A stretch of 64,000 nucleotides of DNA from Candidatus Micrarchaeota archaeon. GTDB taxonomy: Archaea; Micrarchaeota; Micrarchaeia; Anstonellales; JAHKLY01. Positions 18,427-28,082 of this stretch are shown here, piece after piece. The notes beneath the pieces were generated by a model. It did no database searches and was not told where the DNA came from. It was given only the letters and a program-made list of their open reading frames with translations. A program made the position numbers and the translations under genes. The DNA lies in NCBI GenBank assembly GCA_020854825.1, contig JAHKLY010000002.1, forward strand, positions 1 to 64,000, in the 5' to 3' direction. Each line of letters opens with the position of its first letter. Position 1 is the stretch's first letter.

Positions 18427-19902
18427 ATGAAAAAAATAATTTGTTTAGTTCTTTTATTAATATCTATATCTGTATTTAGTGCTTGTATAGAGATTACTGA
18501 AGACATACAGTTAGATGATGATAATGAATCATGTTTTATAATAACTGAATCAGATATACTCTTTGATTGTAATGGATATTCTATATGTGATGATGCAGGA
18601 GATACATGTATTACTGTTGATGCAGAGGATGCTACTATCACAGATTGCGATATTTTGGGAGATAGTGGGAAAACTGCAGTAAGAATAAATGAAGATGGAG
18701 CAAAAGTTGAGGATACAACAATACAAAATGCAAAAACTGCAATATATATTAATTCAATAGAAGAATGTGTTATTAAAAATTTAGAAATTAGAGAATCTGG
18801 GACTGGAATTTATATTAAAAGTTCAAAAAATATTGAAATTGAAGACATTGAAATGTATGATACAGATACTGGATTAAGTATAAGTTCTTCATCTGATATT
18901 TCTTTAGAGGATATATTTCTTGAAAATGAAGATGGAATGTATTATTATATCAGATTTTTAGTAGAAAATGAAGACGGAGATCCAATTAAAGATGCAGAGA
19001 TTACATTAGAAACATCTAAAGGTATAAAACCATTTAATAGTTATAAAACTGATGAATATGGGTATTCGGAATGGAAGCAGATAATGGTTGTGTCTTATGA
19101 TGGGGGAGACGAAACAGATGTACTATTTAATTTAACAGTAGAATATGAAGATGAAGAATATTTTGAAGAAGATTTTGAGATCAGGGAAACAAAAACATTT
19201 GTTATCGAATTAGATGTGGAGATAGAAGATGATTTAGCAGCATTAGGTGCATCTTGTACTAAAAATAGTGAATGTGCATCAGGATACTGTTGTCTACAAG
19301 GAGATAATAGATTTACATGTAGACCTGGTCCTACTTTTTGTATTGCTTATGAATGTACTAAAGATGCAGAATGTAAAAAAGATGAAGTTTGTGAGAATAA
19401 TAAATGCATAGAATTAACTGGAGAATGTGGTTATGCAGATGATCATGAATGGATTGAATATGAATGCTGTAAAAATTCAGATTGTCAAAATGCTGAAAAA
19501 TGTGAAGATCATAAATGCATAAAAGTTGTATGTGAATGCGGAGATATAAAAAATCATGAATGTGAAGCAGAGTGTTGTAGTTCTAAAGACTGTCCTTCAG
19601 GATATAAATGTGTAGATATGTTTTGTTTACCTGGAAATGTATGTACTTCTGATGATGAATGTCAAAATACTCAAACTTGTAATAATGGATTCTGTGAAGA
19701 GGTAACAGATATTTGTGGGTATGCATTTAACCATAGATGGATTTCATATGAATGTTGTTCTGATACAGATTGTATTGATAATAAAATCTGTCAAGGAAAT
19801 GTTTGTATTATAAATAAAGAAGGAACAGAAGGAAGTGTGTGTGCAAGCGCATTTATTATACTTAGCACATTTATTTTTGGTTTTTATTTAAAAAAAGAGT
19901 AA
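18427..19902 (+). CDS. Surface protein: right-handed beta-helix, Cys-rich repeats, C-terminal membrane anchor
   Basis: Signal peptide, DCNGYSI/GIYI..S.NI.I repeats, repeated C..D..C....C....C units, terminal TM plus KKE. Confidence 0.85.
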   Translation: MKKIICLVLLLISISVFSACIEITEDIQLDDDNESCFIITESDILFDCNGYSICDDAGDTCITVDAEDATITDCDILGDSGKTAVRINEDGAKVEDTTIQNAKTAIYINSIEECVIKNLEIRESGTGIYIKSSKNIEIEDIEMYDTDTGLSISSSSDISLEDIFLENEDGMYYYIRFLVENEDGDPIKDAEITLETSKGIKPFNSYKTDEYGYSEWKQIMVVSYDGGDETDVLFNLTVEYEDEEYFEEDFEIRETKTFVIELDVEIEDDLAALGASCTKNSECASGYCCLQGDNRFTCRPGPTFCIAYECTKDAECKKDEVCENNKCIELTGECGYADDHEWIEYECCKNSDCQNAEKCEDHKCIKVVCECGDIKNHECEAECCSSKDCPSGYKCVDMFCLPGNVCTSDDECQNTQTCNNGFCEEVTDICGYAFNHRWISYECCSDTDCIDNKICQGNVCIINKEGTEGSVCASAFIILSTFIFGFYLKKE

Positions 19903-19905
19903 AAA

Positions 19906-20124
19906 CTAATATTTTATATCCTTTATCCCTTGTTTTTTTCTTTTTAATATTTTTTCAACTTCATCTTCTTTATCAGTATAACATTTTTCACAAAAATTAT
20001 GTGTATATCCAAACATATCTACATCTTTGTATGTTTTTTCATTAACTAATTCTTTTTTACAAATTTCACATTTTTCGCCTTCAAATCCTAAAACCATAAA
20101 AATCTCCTCCAAGTCGCATTTCAA
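19906..20124 (-). CDS. Small putative Zn-finger protein
   Basis: CEIC...H.FCEKC; GGAGA SD precedes an internal Met. Confidence 0.55.
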   Translation of the reverse strand: MKCDLEEIFMVLGFEGEKCEICKKELVNEKTYKDVDMFGYTHNFCEKCYTDKEDEVEKILKRKKQGIKDIKY

Positions 20125-20193
20125 AGAATAATAGAACAGAAAAATATTTAAAATAAGATGTAAAAAATAAAAAAAAGAAAGAGAGATATTAAT

Positions 20194-20409
20194 TTAAGCA
20201 TTTTTCATTTTTGCTTCTCTTACATATCCGTCTCCATCAACATAATACATAAATCCTTTTTTCTTTTCAATTTTTTCATTTCCTATTTTTTTCTTTCTTC
20301 CACTTTTATTATGTTTCATTGGAGCTCTCCAAACATATCCATCTTTACCTACATAGTAAAGATATCCATTTTCTCTTTCAATTTGTTCTTTTCCTACTCT
20401 TTTTCCCAT
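20194..20409 (-). CDS. Small basic two-repeat protein
   Basis: Internal duplication K.VG.E.IE...G(Y/F)(L/M)YYV..DGYV..A.MK; AGGTGA SD. Confidence 0.8.
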   Translation of the reverse strand: MGKRVGKEQIERENGYLYYVGKDGYVWRAPMKHNKSGRKKKIGNEKIEKKKGFMYYVDGDGYVREAKMKNA

Positions 20410-20641
20410 CAAAATCACCTATATAGTTTTTTTAATATTATCACTCCTCTAAATAGAAATATAAAGCTATTGCCATAATATACTTAAATTTGTGCATTTT
20501 TGTATATATCATACCACTTTTATATGTATTTTTTCATAAAACCACATTTAAAATAACTGAAGAAGATAAGAAGAAAAATTAAAATAGTTAAGATATGATT
20601 ATAAATTTTTATATTCAAAAACATTTAATAGGTGAAGTATT

Positions 20642-20974
20642 ATGGGTTGGTTAGACAGGATAAAAGGAGTAAATTCTTCTGAAAAAACAGAGATTTTAGA
20701 AATAGAAGAAAATATTGTACCTGATAGAAATAAATTTATAGTAGATGAAGTTTATACAGTCCAAGGTTTTCCAGTAGTACGAGGAAGAGTATTATCTGGT
20801 ACAATAACAAAAGAGAGTTTTACTAGGATAAATGAGAAAACATGTAATGTTGCTAAAATACAAGCAGATAGAAAGGAATTGCAACAAGTATCAAGAGGAG
20901 AACAATGTTCGATGATATTAACTCAAGTTAATCAACATAGTTTAAGAGAAAATCAAGTGTTAGAGTTTTTTTAA
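20642..20974 (+). CDS. EF-Tu domain II-like stand-alone beta-barrel (Pbp11-like)
   Basis: FIVDEVYTVQG..VV.GRV.SG.I...IQ..RK......GE...MIL pattern. Confidence 0.7.
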   Translation: MGWLDRIKGVNSSEKTEILEIEENIVPDRNKFIVDEVYTVQGFPVVRGRVLSGTITKESFTRINEKTCNVAKIQADRKELQQVSRGEQCSMILTQVNQHSLRENQVLEFF

Positions 20975-20985
20975 GGAGAGTTTTT

Positions 20986-21249
20986 ATGGATAGACCAAGA
21001 TTGTTCTGTGATTCATGCGGTATGCGCATGGAAGAATCAGGAGATCACGGAGGAGGAAAGCAAGATAATCCTTATTGTAAAAATTGTTGTGATGAAACAG
21101 GTGTTTTAAAACCTAAGTCAGTTATAAGAGAAACACTTATTAAATTTTATATTGAAAAATATGATTATCCTAAAACAGCAGCAGAAAATTTTGTTGATGA
21201 TTTTATGGCCACAATGCCTGCTTGGCAAAACAAACAGGAAAAATTATAA
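20986..21249 (+). CDS. Zinc-ribbon domain protein
   Basis: CDSCGM...YCKNC..G...MPAW. Confidence 0.8.
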   Translation: MDRPRLFCDSCGMRMEESGDHGGGKQDNPYCKNCCDETGVLKPKSVIRETLIKFYIEKYDYPKTAAENFVDDFMATMPAWQNKQEKL

Positions 21250-21289
21250 TTAAATACATTTTTAAACACTATTTTATATAATTTCTAAC

Positions 21290-22180
21290 ATGAATAAAAT
21301 TTCATTGATTGTTGCTGGGGCTTTTTTATCTGCATCTTTATGTTTATCTCCAAATTTAAATAAAAAACTGGACTTTCCAGAACCAATAATTGAATCTACT
21401 AATAAATTACAAAAAGAAGATCCTAAAGTATATCCATCAAAAATTAGAATAGAAATAAATCTTCCTGGAACTGTATTAAGATATTTTGAAAATGATTCAT
21501 TAATTATGCAAACAACTACTTGTATTGGTGCGTTTAGTTCTTATGTTAAACATTCCGGAACATATCAATCTTTTAAAACTCCGATTAGGCAAACTGAAAT
21601 TAGTAGAGTTAAAAAAGATCCTTGGTGGACTCCAAATCCAAAAACTTCTTGGTCATGGGGGCAAAAACCAGTACCTCCAGGCCCAAATAATCCATTAGGG
21701 CCGTATATTTTAGTAATAGGTGATTCTCCGTATTATATTCATGGAACTATTAAACCACATCAATTAGGTCAAGATATGTCTCATGGTTGTGTAAGAATAC
21801 ATAGTGATTCTGTTAGTATATTGGCACCAAGAGTTCAAGAATTAATGGAGTTAGGAAAAAAAGTATCTTGTAATTTATATTATGATATTTCTGAGCTTTA
21901 TTGTATTTCTAAACAGGATCAGTATTATGCAGTAAGGATTTATCCAGATGGATATAGAAATAGACCAAATAGAATTGATTCAATAATCCAAGATTTTGAG
22001 AATGTGGGTTTAATTTTAAATGAAAAAAGTAAAGAAGAAATAAGGAAAAATTTAATTTGGGAAGGAATAATGTTTTTTTATTATACTGAAGAAGGACTTG
22101 TTTTTCAAGGTTCAATTTCTGATTGGAAATTATCAAGAAAAATTGAAATTCCAAAAGAAATGTTTGTTTATAAAAAATAA
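21290..22180 (+). CDS. Exported YkuD-family L,D-transpeptidase-like protein
   Basis: IEINL....L, TP, DPWW.P, PPGPNNPLG, YYIHGT......G...SHGCVR catalytic motif; signal peptide. Confidence 0.92.
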   Translation: MNKISLIVAGAFLSASLCLSPNLNKKLDFPEPIIESTNKLQKEDPKVYPSKIRIEINLPGTVLRYFENDSLIMQTTTCIGAFSSYVKHSGTYQSFKTPIRQTEISRVKKDPWWTPNPKTSWSWGQKPVPPGPNNPLGPYILVIGDSPYYIHGTIKPHQLGQDMSHGCVRIHSDSVSILAPRVQELMELGKKVSCNLYYDISELYCISKQDQYYAVRIYPDGYRNRPNRIDSIIQDFENVGLILNEKSKEEIRKNLIWEGIMFFYYTEEGLVFQGSISDWKLSRKIEIPKEMFVYKK

Positions 22181-22184
22181 AAAA

Positions 22185-22320
22185 TGGACCAGGTGGGATT
22201 TTTAGGCAACCTATTCTCTCTTTTTCGTAAACGTTTTTCTCTTTTTTAAAAGAGAAAAGGTTTGAACCCACAGTCCCCTCGTTGCGAACGAGATATCCTA
22301 CCGGGTTAGACCACTGGCCC
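22185..22320 (-). tRNA. tRNA-Ala(CGC) with ~62-nt T-loop intron (~22200-22261)
   Basis: Reverse complement gives GGGCCAG/CTGGTCC with G3:U70, TCTCG-TT-CGC-AA-CGAGG, GTGGG-TTCAA|AT-CCCAC. The BHB is relaxed, so the exact junction is uncertain. Confidence 0.9.
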
Positions 22321-22323
22321 ATA

Positions 22324-22433
22324 AGCCTTTGGGGGGATTTTCAGCTTTGCTGAAAATATTTGTTTCAACAAATCAATTGAACCCCCAACCTACTGCTTAC
22401 GAAGCAGTCGCTCTACCATTGAGCTACAAAGGC
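22324..22433 (-). tRNA. tRNA-Thr(CGT) with 38-nt intron at 59/60 (22338-22375)
   Basis: Reverse complement gives GCCTTTG/CAAAGGC, GCTC/GAGC D stem, ACTGC-TT-CGT-AA-GCAGT, GGGGG-TTCAAT|T-CCCCC; TTCA/TGAA central helix. Confidence 0.92.
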
Positions 22434-22639
22434 ACTTATATATACTTACCACCACATTTTTAAATATTTATAAACATTAAAAATATATATAATTTAATAA
22501 ACCAGAGGTTTTTTAACTTTATGAATATTGTTTTTTGAAATAAAAGAAGATATAGAAGGGGGCAGTATATGGGAGAACAAGAGTTAGATATTAGATTGTG
22601 TAAAGAAGGAGAAAGAGAGAATAATAGAATATTATTTTA

Positions 22640-24115
22640 TTGAATTTTTTAGATCCTGATTCTGAAAATTCATTACCTAACCAGATTTATTTAAGTATAT
22701 TAGATAATTTGGATGAAATCTTAAAACCTGAAAAGTTAAAAGAGGTTTTAGGATATTATAAAAAAGAAGGTATTCTAAGTAAAATCACAATTGATGATTT
22801 AAAATCAGATATAGATATGCAAAGTGTTAGTTTAAGATTAAAATCACAACTAGAACCTAGTGAAAAAAAATCTAGTGAAGATGTTTCTAAAGCATCTAAT
22901 AATATGGAAGTTAACAATAAGAAAGAAGAAATTTATATTCCTGTTTCATCATTATTTAAATTTTGTAAGGAATTAGGAATTGATTTAAGGGAAGATAAGG
23001 CAGGAGGATATATTAGAGGAGAATCATTGGAAGATATTGAAATATTAACTAAAATCCTCACGTTTTTAAAAAGAACCTTGAAAAGAGATCCTTCTAAAAA
23101 CGATCTAAAAATGTATGGGTTACCAGAAAATTTAGAAATAAATCCTAAAGAAGTTGATGCTGTAAAAGAAAATATTGCTCCAAATAAAAAACCAATAAAT
23201 TCAAATAATAATTCACAACACAGAGTAAATAAACCAGATGATATTAAAGAAGGAAGAGTAAAAACTCCCCAGATAAAAGGTAAAGATAAGATTAAAGATA
23301 AGATTAAAGATAAGATTAAAGATAAGATTAAAGATAAGATTAAAGATAAGGTTAAAGATAAGATTAAAGATAAGATTAAAGATAAGATTATACCAGAATA
23401 TAAGATTATACAAGAATTAATTAAATATTATAAAATGGGAATTATATTTAGGTATACAAACCAAATATTAAAAGAGAATATATCTTTATATAGATTAATT
23501 AATCAAAAAATTAAGCCTCCTGAGGATTTTAAGGGCACTAAATTAGAGTATATTTATGGAGAATTACAATTATCAAATGAATATGCAACAGAACTTGAAA
23601 GGATTACAGGTAAACGTAAAGCAAAGGTTAGAAATAAACCTATTAAAAATAATGAAAACACAGAAGAATTTTTAAAACAAAGATTAATTGAGTATTACAA
23701 TCAGGGATTTGTATTTACAAATTTATTACAAATTAAAAAGATAGCAAATGATAAATATTTGTATTATAAATTTAGATCATATGCGAGAGCTTCAAACAAA
23801 AAAAGTATAAAACTATTAGAAGAAATGTATGAAAAATTAGGAATTTTAGAAGGATATAAAAATAAGGATTTAAGTGTAAATACATCATCATCAAAAGAAG
23901 AAAGAATTATTAAATCATTAAATCAACATTTTTCAGCAGGAACGATTTTTACTACTAGTATATCTATGCGTAAAAAAGACCCTTTACATTGGGGTAGAGT
24001 ATATAATAAGTATAAATTACCTAAAGAGTATCCAGGCAATAGATGGGAATATTTTTATGAAAAAGCTGGATTATTAGAAGAATACAAGAAGGTTTTAAAC
24101 GAAAGAACAAATTAA
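22640..24115 (+). CDS. Hypothetical protein with (KDKI)9 repeat; start uncertain
   Basis: 491-aa ORF with three loosely repeated C-terminal units (L..YY..G.IF.......Y....LE..Y..LG). Confidence 0.7.
   Translation: MNFLDPDSENSLPNQIYLSILDNLDEILKPEKLKEVLGYYKKEGILSKITIDDLKSDIDMQSVSLRLKSQLEPSEKKSSEDVSKASNNMEVNNKKEEIYIPVSSLFKFCKELGIDLREDKAGGYIRGESLEDIEILTKILTFLKRTLKRDPSKNDLKMYGLPENLEINPKEVDAVKENIAPNKKPINSNNNSQHRVNKPDDIKEGRVKTPQIKGKDKIKDKIKDKIKDKIKDKIKDKVKDKIKDKIKDKIIPEYKIIQELIKYYKMGIIFRYTNQILKENISLYRLINQKIKPPEDFKGTKLEYIYGELQLSNEYATELERITGKRKAKVRNKPIKNNENTEEFLKQRLIEYYNQGFVFTNLLQIKKIANDKYLYYKFRSYARASNKKSIKLLEEMYEKLGILEGYKNKDLSVNTSSSKEERIIKSLNQHFSAGTIFTTSISMRKKDPLHWGRVYNKYKLPKEYPGNRWEYFYEKAGLLEEYKKVLNERTN
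23282..23389 (+). repeat. 12-bp in-frame tandem repeat AAAGATAAGATT x9
   Basis: Directly visible; one unit has GTT; encodes KDKI/KDKV. Confidence 0.95.
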
Positions 24116-24175
24116 AGAATATACTAGATAGTTAAAAACAAGAAACAATAAAAATATTTAGGAGTATATAAAATC

Positions 24176-25151
24176 ATGAGAAACCAACAATTAGTAGAAA
24201 CCGAGGATAGTTATAAGATTAATCACAAACTTCAAGAATTCCTTGATACAATTCCAACTAAATCTAAATCAATAGATTATGAGTTTGTAGGAGTAAAAAG
24301 AGTATATATTGAATTATCAAGTAAAGATTCAGATGAAGCAGCAGTTTTAATGAGAAAATACATGGAATTAGTTTTAGATATATCAAAAGTTGTTTCCGAC
24401 CAAATTGGATATAAAAGAGGAAAAAAAAAGAGAAGAAGCATTTATAACTGAAGTCTGGGGAATTATGAAATCTAATTTAAATATAAAATACGGAAGTAAT
24501 AAATTTGGATTTTTATATGAATCTTTAAAAACAAATGAATTTAATTGTCAAACTTCTGCTTTTTTAGTATATAATATTGCAAAACAATTAGGCATAGAAA
24601 TACAGATGATTTTAGTTCCAGAGCATGTTCTTGTTAAAACAGAAAATTTTTATTTTGAAACAACTTATGGGTTATACACCGATAAAAAAAATTATCTTGA
24701 ATCTAAATATAGATATTATGATATATTAACAGAAGATCAAATTCAATCAATTACCTATGAGAATAGAGGAATTGCCAAATATAATTTAGAAGATTACAAA
24801 GGTGCAATAGAAGATTACACAAGAGCAATAAAATTAAACCCAAATCGTGCAGGTACATATTATAATAGAGGAATTGCCAAATATAATTTAGAAGATTACA
24901 AAGGTGCAATAGAAGATAATGATAAAGCAATAGAATTAAATCCAAGTAATGCATGGACATATAATAACAGAGGAAATGCTAAATGTGGGTTAGGAGATTA
25001 CAAAGAAGCAATAGAAGATTACACAAGAGCAATAGAATTAGATCCAAATGAGAGACTGTTTTATAGTAACAGAGGAAATGTAAAAAAAAGAATAGGGGAC
25101 ATGTTTGGTGCAAATGAAGATTTTAAAAAAGCAGAGGAACTGCCTGAATAA
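24176..25151 (+). pseudogene. Transglutaminase-like + TPR protein split by an apparent frameshift near an A9 run (24421-24429)
   Basis: ORFs 24176-24451 and 24390-25151 overlap across the A run. The second has FNCQT...PEHV..FETT plus TPRs but no SD or ATG of its own at the start. Confidence 0.6.
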
Positions 25152-25164
25152 AAAATAAAAGAAA

Positions 25165-27789
25165 TTATCTGTTTCTTATTGTAGATTGTGCTGCAGCTAA
25201 ACGCGCGATTGGTATTCTATACGGTGAACAGCTTACATATGTTAAACCAGTTCTATGACAAAAGTCAATTGATTCTGGTTCTCCGCCTTGTTCTCCACAT
25301 ATACCAATTTTTATATTGGGTCTTGTTTTTCTTCCTAGGTCACAAGTCATTTTAATTAATTTACCAACGCCAGTTTGGTCAACAGTTTCAAAAGGATCTT
25401 TTTCTAAAATTCCTTTTTCTTTATAGTCTTTGATAAATCGTCCTGCGTCATCTCTTGAATATCCATAAGTCATTTGTGTTAAATCATTTGTACCAAATGA
25501 AAAGAATTCTGCATCTTTTGCAATTTCATCAGCAGTTAAACAAGCTCTTGGAATTTCAATCATAGTACCAATTTTATAATTCAATTCTTGTCCACTTTCT
25601 AAAATTAAGTTATCAGCAGTTTCTTTTATTATTTTATGTAAATATTCAAATTCTTTAACTTCCCCAATCAATGGAACCATGATTTCTGGTTTTGCGTCAA
25701 GCCCTTCTTTTTTAGCTTTTAATGCAGCACCAATAATTGCTTGTGTTTGCATTACTGCGATTTCAGGATAAGTAATTGCTAGTCTGCATCCTCTATGTCC
25801 TAGCATTGGATTAAATTCATGAAGCTCACTTATTAAATCTTGTAATCTTTTTTTCTCAATATTCATTTCTTTTGATAGTTCTTCAATATCTTTATCTTCT
25901 CTTGGTAAAAATTCATGTAATGGAGGATCTAGTAATCTGATAGTAACAGGTAATCCATTCATTACTTTGAATAAACTATAAAAATCGCTTTCTTGCATAG
26001 GTCTAATTTTTTGAAGTGCTTTTTCTCTGCCTTCTTTTGATTCAGATAAAATCATTTCTCTTACTGCTTTAATTCTTTCTTCATCAAAAAACATATGTTC
26101 TGTTCTGCATAATCCAATACCTTCTGCACCAAATTTTCTTGCCATTTCAGAATCTTGTGGCGTGTCAGCATTTGTTCTAACTCCTAATTTTCTTATTTTA
26201 TCTGCCCATCCCATTAGTTTTTCAAAATCTTCACTTAATTCTGGATCAACTACTCTTATTTTATCTTTGAAAACTTGTCCTGTTGTTCCATCTAAAGTAA
26301 TAAAATCTCCTTCTTTGATTAAAACACCAGTTTTTGTAGTAAATTGTTTTGTTTTTTCATCTACTGAAATGTCACTACATCCTGCAATACAGCATTTACC
26401 CATTCCTCTTGCAACTACTGCTGCATGTGAAGTCATACCTCCAGTTGAAGTTAAGATACCTTGTGCTGCATCCATTCCTTCAATATCTTCTGGTGAAGTT
26501 TCTTTTCTTACTAAAATAACTTTTTCTCCTTGTTGTGTTTTTTCTTTTGCATCTTCTGCCGAAAATACAGCGATGCCTACTGCGCCTCCAGGAGACGCAG
26601 GTAATCCTTTTGCAATTTCATTTGCATTGTTTTTTGCAACTTCATCTAATTGTTTATGTAATAATTGGTCTAATTGTTTTGGATCAATTCTCATTACTGC
26701 TTCTTCTTCATTTATTAATTTTTCATCAACCATATCAACTGCTATTTTAACTGCTGCTTTTGCAGTTCTTTTTCCAGTTCTTGTTTGTAAAAAATATAAC
26801 GTTCCTTCTTGTATAGTAAATTCAACATCCTGCATATCTTTGTAATGATTTTCTAATTTTTCCATAACTGTTTTAAACTGTTTATAAATTTCTGAATTTT
26901 GAATTTCTAATTCTGAAATTGGATTTGGATTTCTTATTCCTGCAACAACATCTTCTCCTTGTGCATTCATTAAATATTCTCCATATAATTTGTTTTCACC
27001 ATTTGCAGGATTTCTTGTAAATGCAACTCCTGTTCCCGAAGTATCTCCCATATTTCCAAACACCATTGCTTGAATATTTACTGCTGTTCCTATTAATCCA
27101 GTGATCTCATTTAATCTTCTATAAGTGATAGCTCTGTCATTATTCCATGAACTAAAAACTGCATCAATTGATTTCCATAATTGTTCTTTTGGATCTTGTG
27201 GGAAATCATTACCCGTTTCTTTTTTAATAATTAATTTGTATTTTTCAACAACTTTTTCTAAATCATCCCCATCCAATTCAGTATCCTGCTGAACTCCTTT
27301 TTGATCTTTAATATTTTGTAATGCATTTTCAAAAGAAGAATGTTTTACTCCTAAAACTACATCCCCGAACATGTTTAAGAATCGTCTATATGCATCCATT
27401 ACAAATCGTTTATTTCCAGTTTTATTTATCAAACCTTGAACAGATTTATCATTTAAACCTAAATTTAATACAGTATCCATCATACCTGGCATAGAAGCAG
27501 CAGCACCTGATCTTACAGAAACTAATAAAGGATTATCTTCTCCCCCAAATGTTTTACCCATTTTTTCTTCAAGTTTTTTTAAGTTTTCATTGACTTGTTT
27601 TTTTACTTCTTCTGGATATATTTTATTGTTTTTATAATAAACATCACAAACTTGTGTTGAAATTGTGAATCCTGGAGGTACAGGTATGCCAATATTTGTC
27701 ATTTCACTTAAATTTGCACCCTTTCCCCCTAATAATGCTTTCATTTCCTTTTTTCCTTCTCCAAAAAAATATACATACTTTTCTTCCAT
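25165..27789 (-). CDS. ppdK: Pyruvate, phosphate dikinase
   Basis: LGGKGANL, SVRSGA..SMPGMMDT, GGMTSHAAVVARG, GIGLCRTEHMFF, FSFGTNDLTQ. Confidence 0.97.
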   Translation of the reverse strand: MEEKYVYFFGEGKKEMKALLGGKGANLSEMTNIGIPVPPGFTISTQVCDVYYKNNKIYPEEVKKQVNENLKKLEEKMGKTFGGEDNPLLVSVRSGAAASMPGMMDTVLNLGLNDKSVQGLINKTGNKRFVMDAYRRFLNMFGDVVLGVKHSSFENALQNIKDQKGVQQDTELDGDDLEKVVEKYKLIIKKETGNDFPQDPKEQLWKSIDAVFSSWNNDRAITYRRLNEITGLIGTAVNIQAMVFGNMGDTSGTGVAFTRNPANGENKLYGEYLMNAQGEDVVAGIRNPNPISELEIQNSEIYKQFKTVMEKLENHYKDMQDVEFTIQEGTLYFLQTRTGKRTAKAAVKIAVDMVDEKLINEEEAVMRIDPKQLDQLLHKQLDEVAKNNANEIAKGLPASPGGAVGIAVFSAEDAKEKTQQGEKVILVRKETSPEDIEGMDAAQGILTSTGGMTSHAAVVARGMGKCCIAGCSDISVDEKTKQFTTKTGVLIKEGDFITLDGTTGQVFKDKIRVVDPELSEDFEKLMGWADKIRKLGVRTNADTPQDSEMARKFGAEGIGLCRTEHMFFDEERIKAVREMILSESKEGREKALQKIRPMQESDFYSLFKVMNGLPVTIRLLDPPLHEFLPREDKDIEELSKEMNIEKKRLQDLISELHEFNPMLGHRGCRLAITYPEIAVMQTQAIIGAALKAKKEGLDAKPEIMVPLIGEVKEFEYLHKIIKETADNLILESGQELNYKIGTMIEIPRACLTADEIAKDAEFFSFGTNDLTQMTYGYSRDDAGRFIKDYKEKGILEKDPFETVDQTGVGKLIKMTCDLGRKTRPNIKIGICGEQGGEPESIDFCHRTGLTYVSCSPYRIPIARLAAAQSTIRNR

Positions 27790-27870
27790 TCAATCACCTT
27801 TAAATAATTCTAAATCAAGAATAATTAAGTATAGTATATTAATTAGTAAATACTTAAAAAGGTTGTTAAA

Positions 27871-27994
27871 CGCCGGTGACAGGAATTGAACCTGTGAGTC
27901 CAAAGGACACTGGTTATCTCGTTTAATACAAGTTTTTACATAAAATGTAAAAAAATGTTTCGAGACCAGCGCATTACCGCTCTGCCACACCGGC
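27871..27994 (-). tRNA. tRNA-Ser(CGA) with 43-nt intron at 37/38 (27916-27958)
   Basis: Reverse complement gives GCCGGTG/CACCGGC with G73, CTGGT-CT-CGA-A|A-ACCAG, long variable arm, ACAGG-TTCAATT-CCTGT; CTCG/CGAG central helix. Confidence 0.93.
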
Positions 27995-28082
27995 ATATTT
28001 GATTAGGATATATAATAAAAACATTTATAAACACAAGTACACATAAAAGATATATGTATTTATTGTTAATAGAGGTGTTAAA

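Noticed and set aside
23282-23389. Possible CRISPR array
   Set aside because: Contiguous 12-bp units with no spacers, in frame within a CDS, and no cas genes.
24770-24920. ~100-bp direct repeat
   Set aside because: Explained by duplication of one 34-aa TPR unit.
22434-25151. Integrated element beside the tRNA-Thr/Ala pair
   Set aside because: No integrase, no duplicated tRNA 3' end and no terminal repeats seen.
26162-26845. Long antisense ORFs (here and at 30508, 41646, 43227, 47892)
   Set aside because: Shadow frames opposite longer or better-supported genes, with no recognisable motifs.
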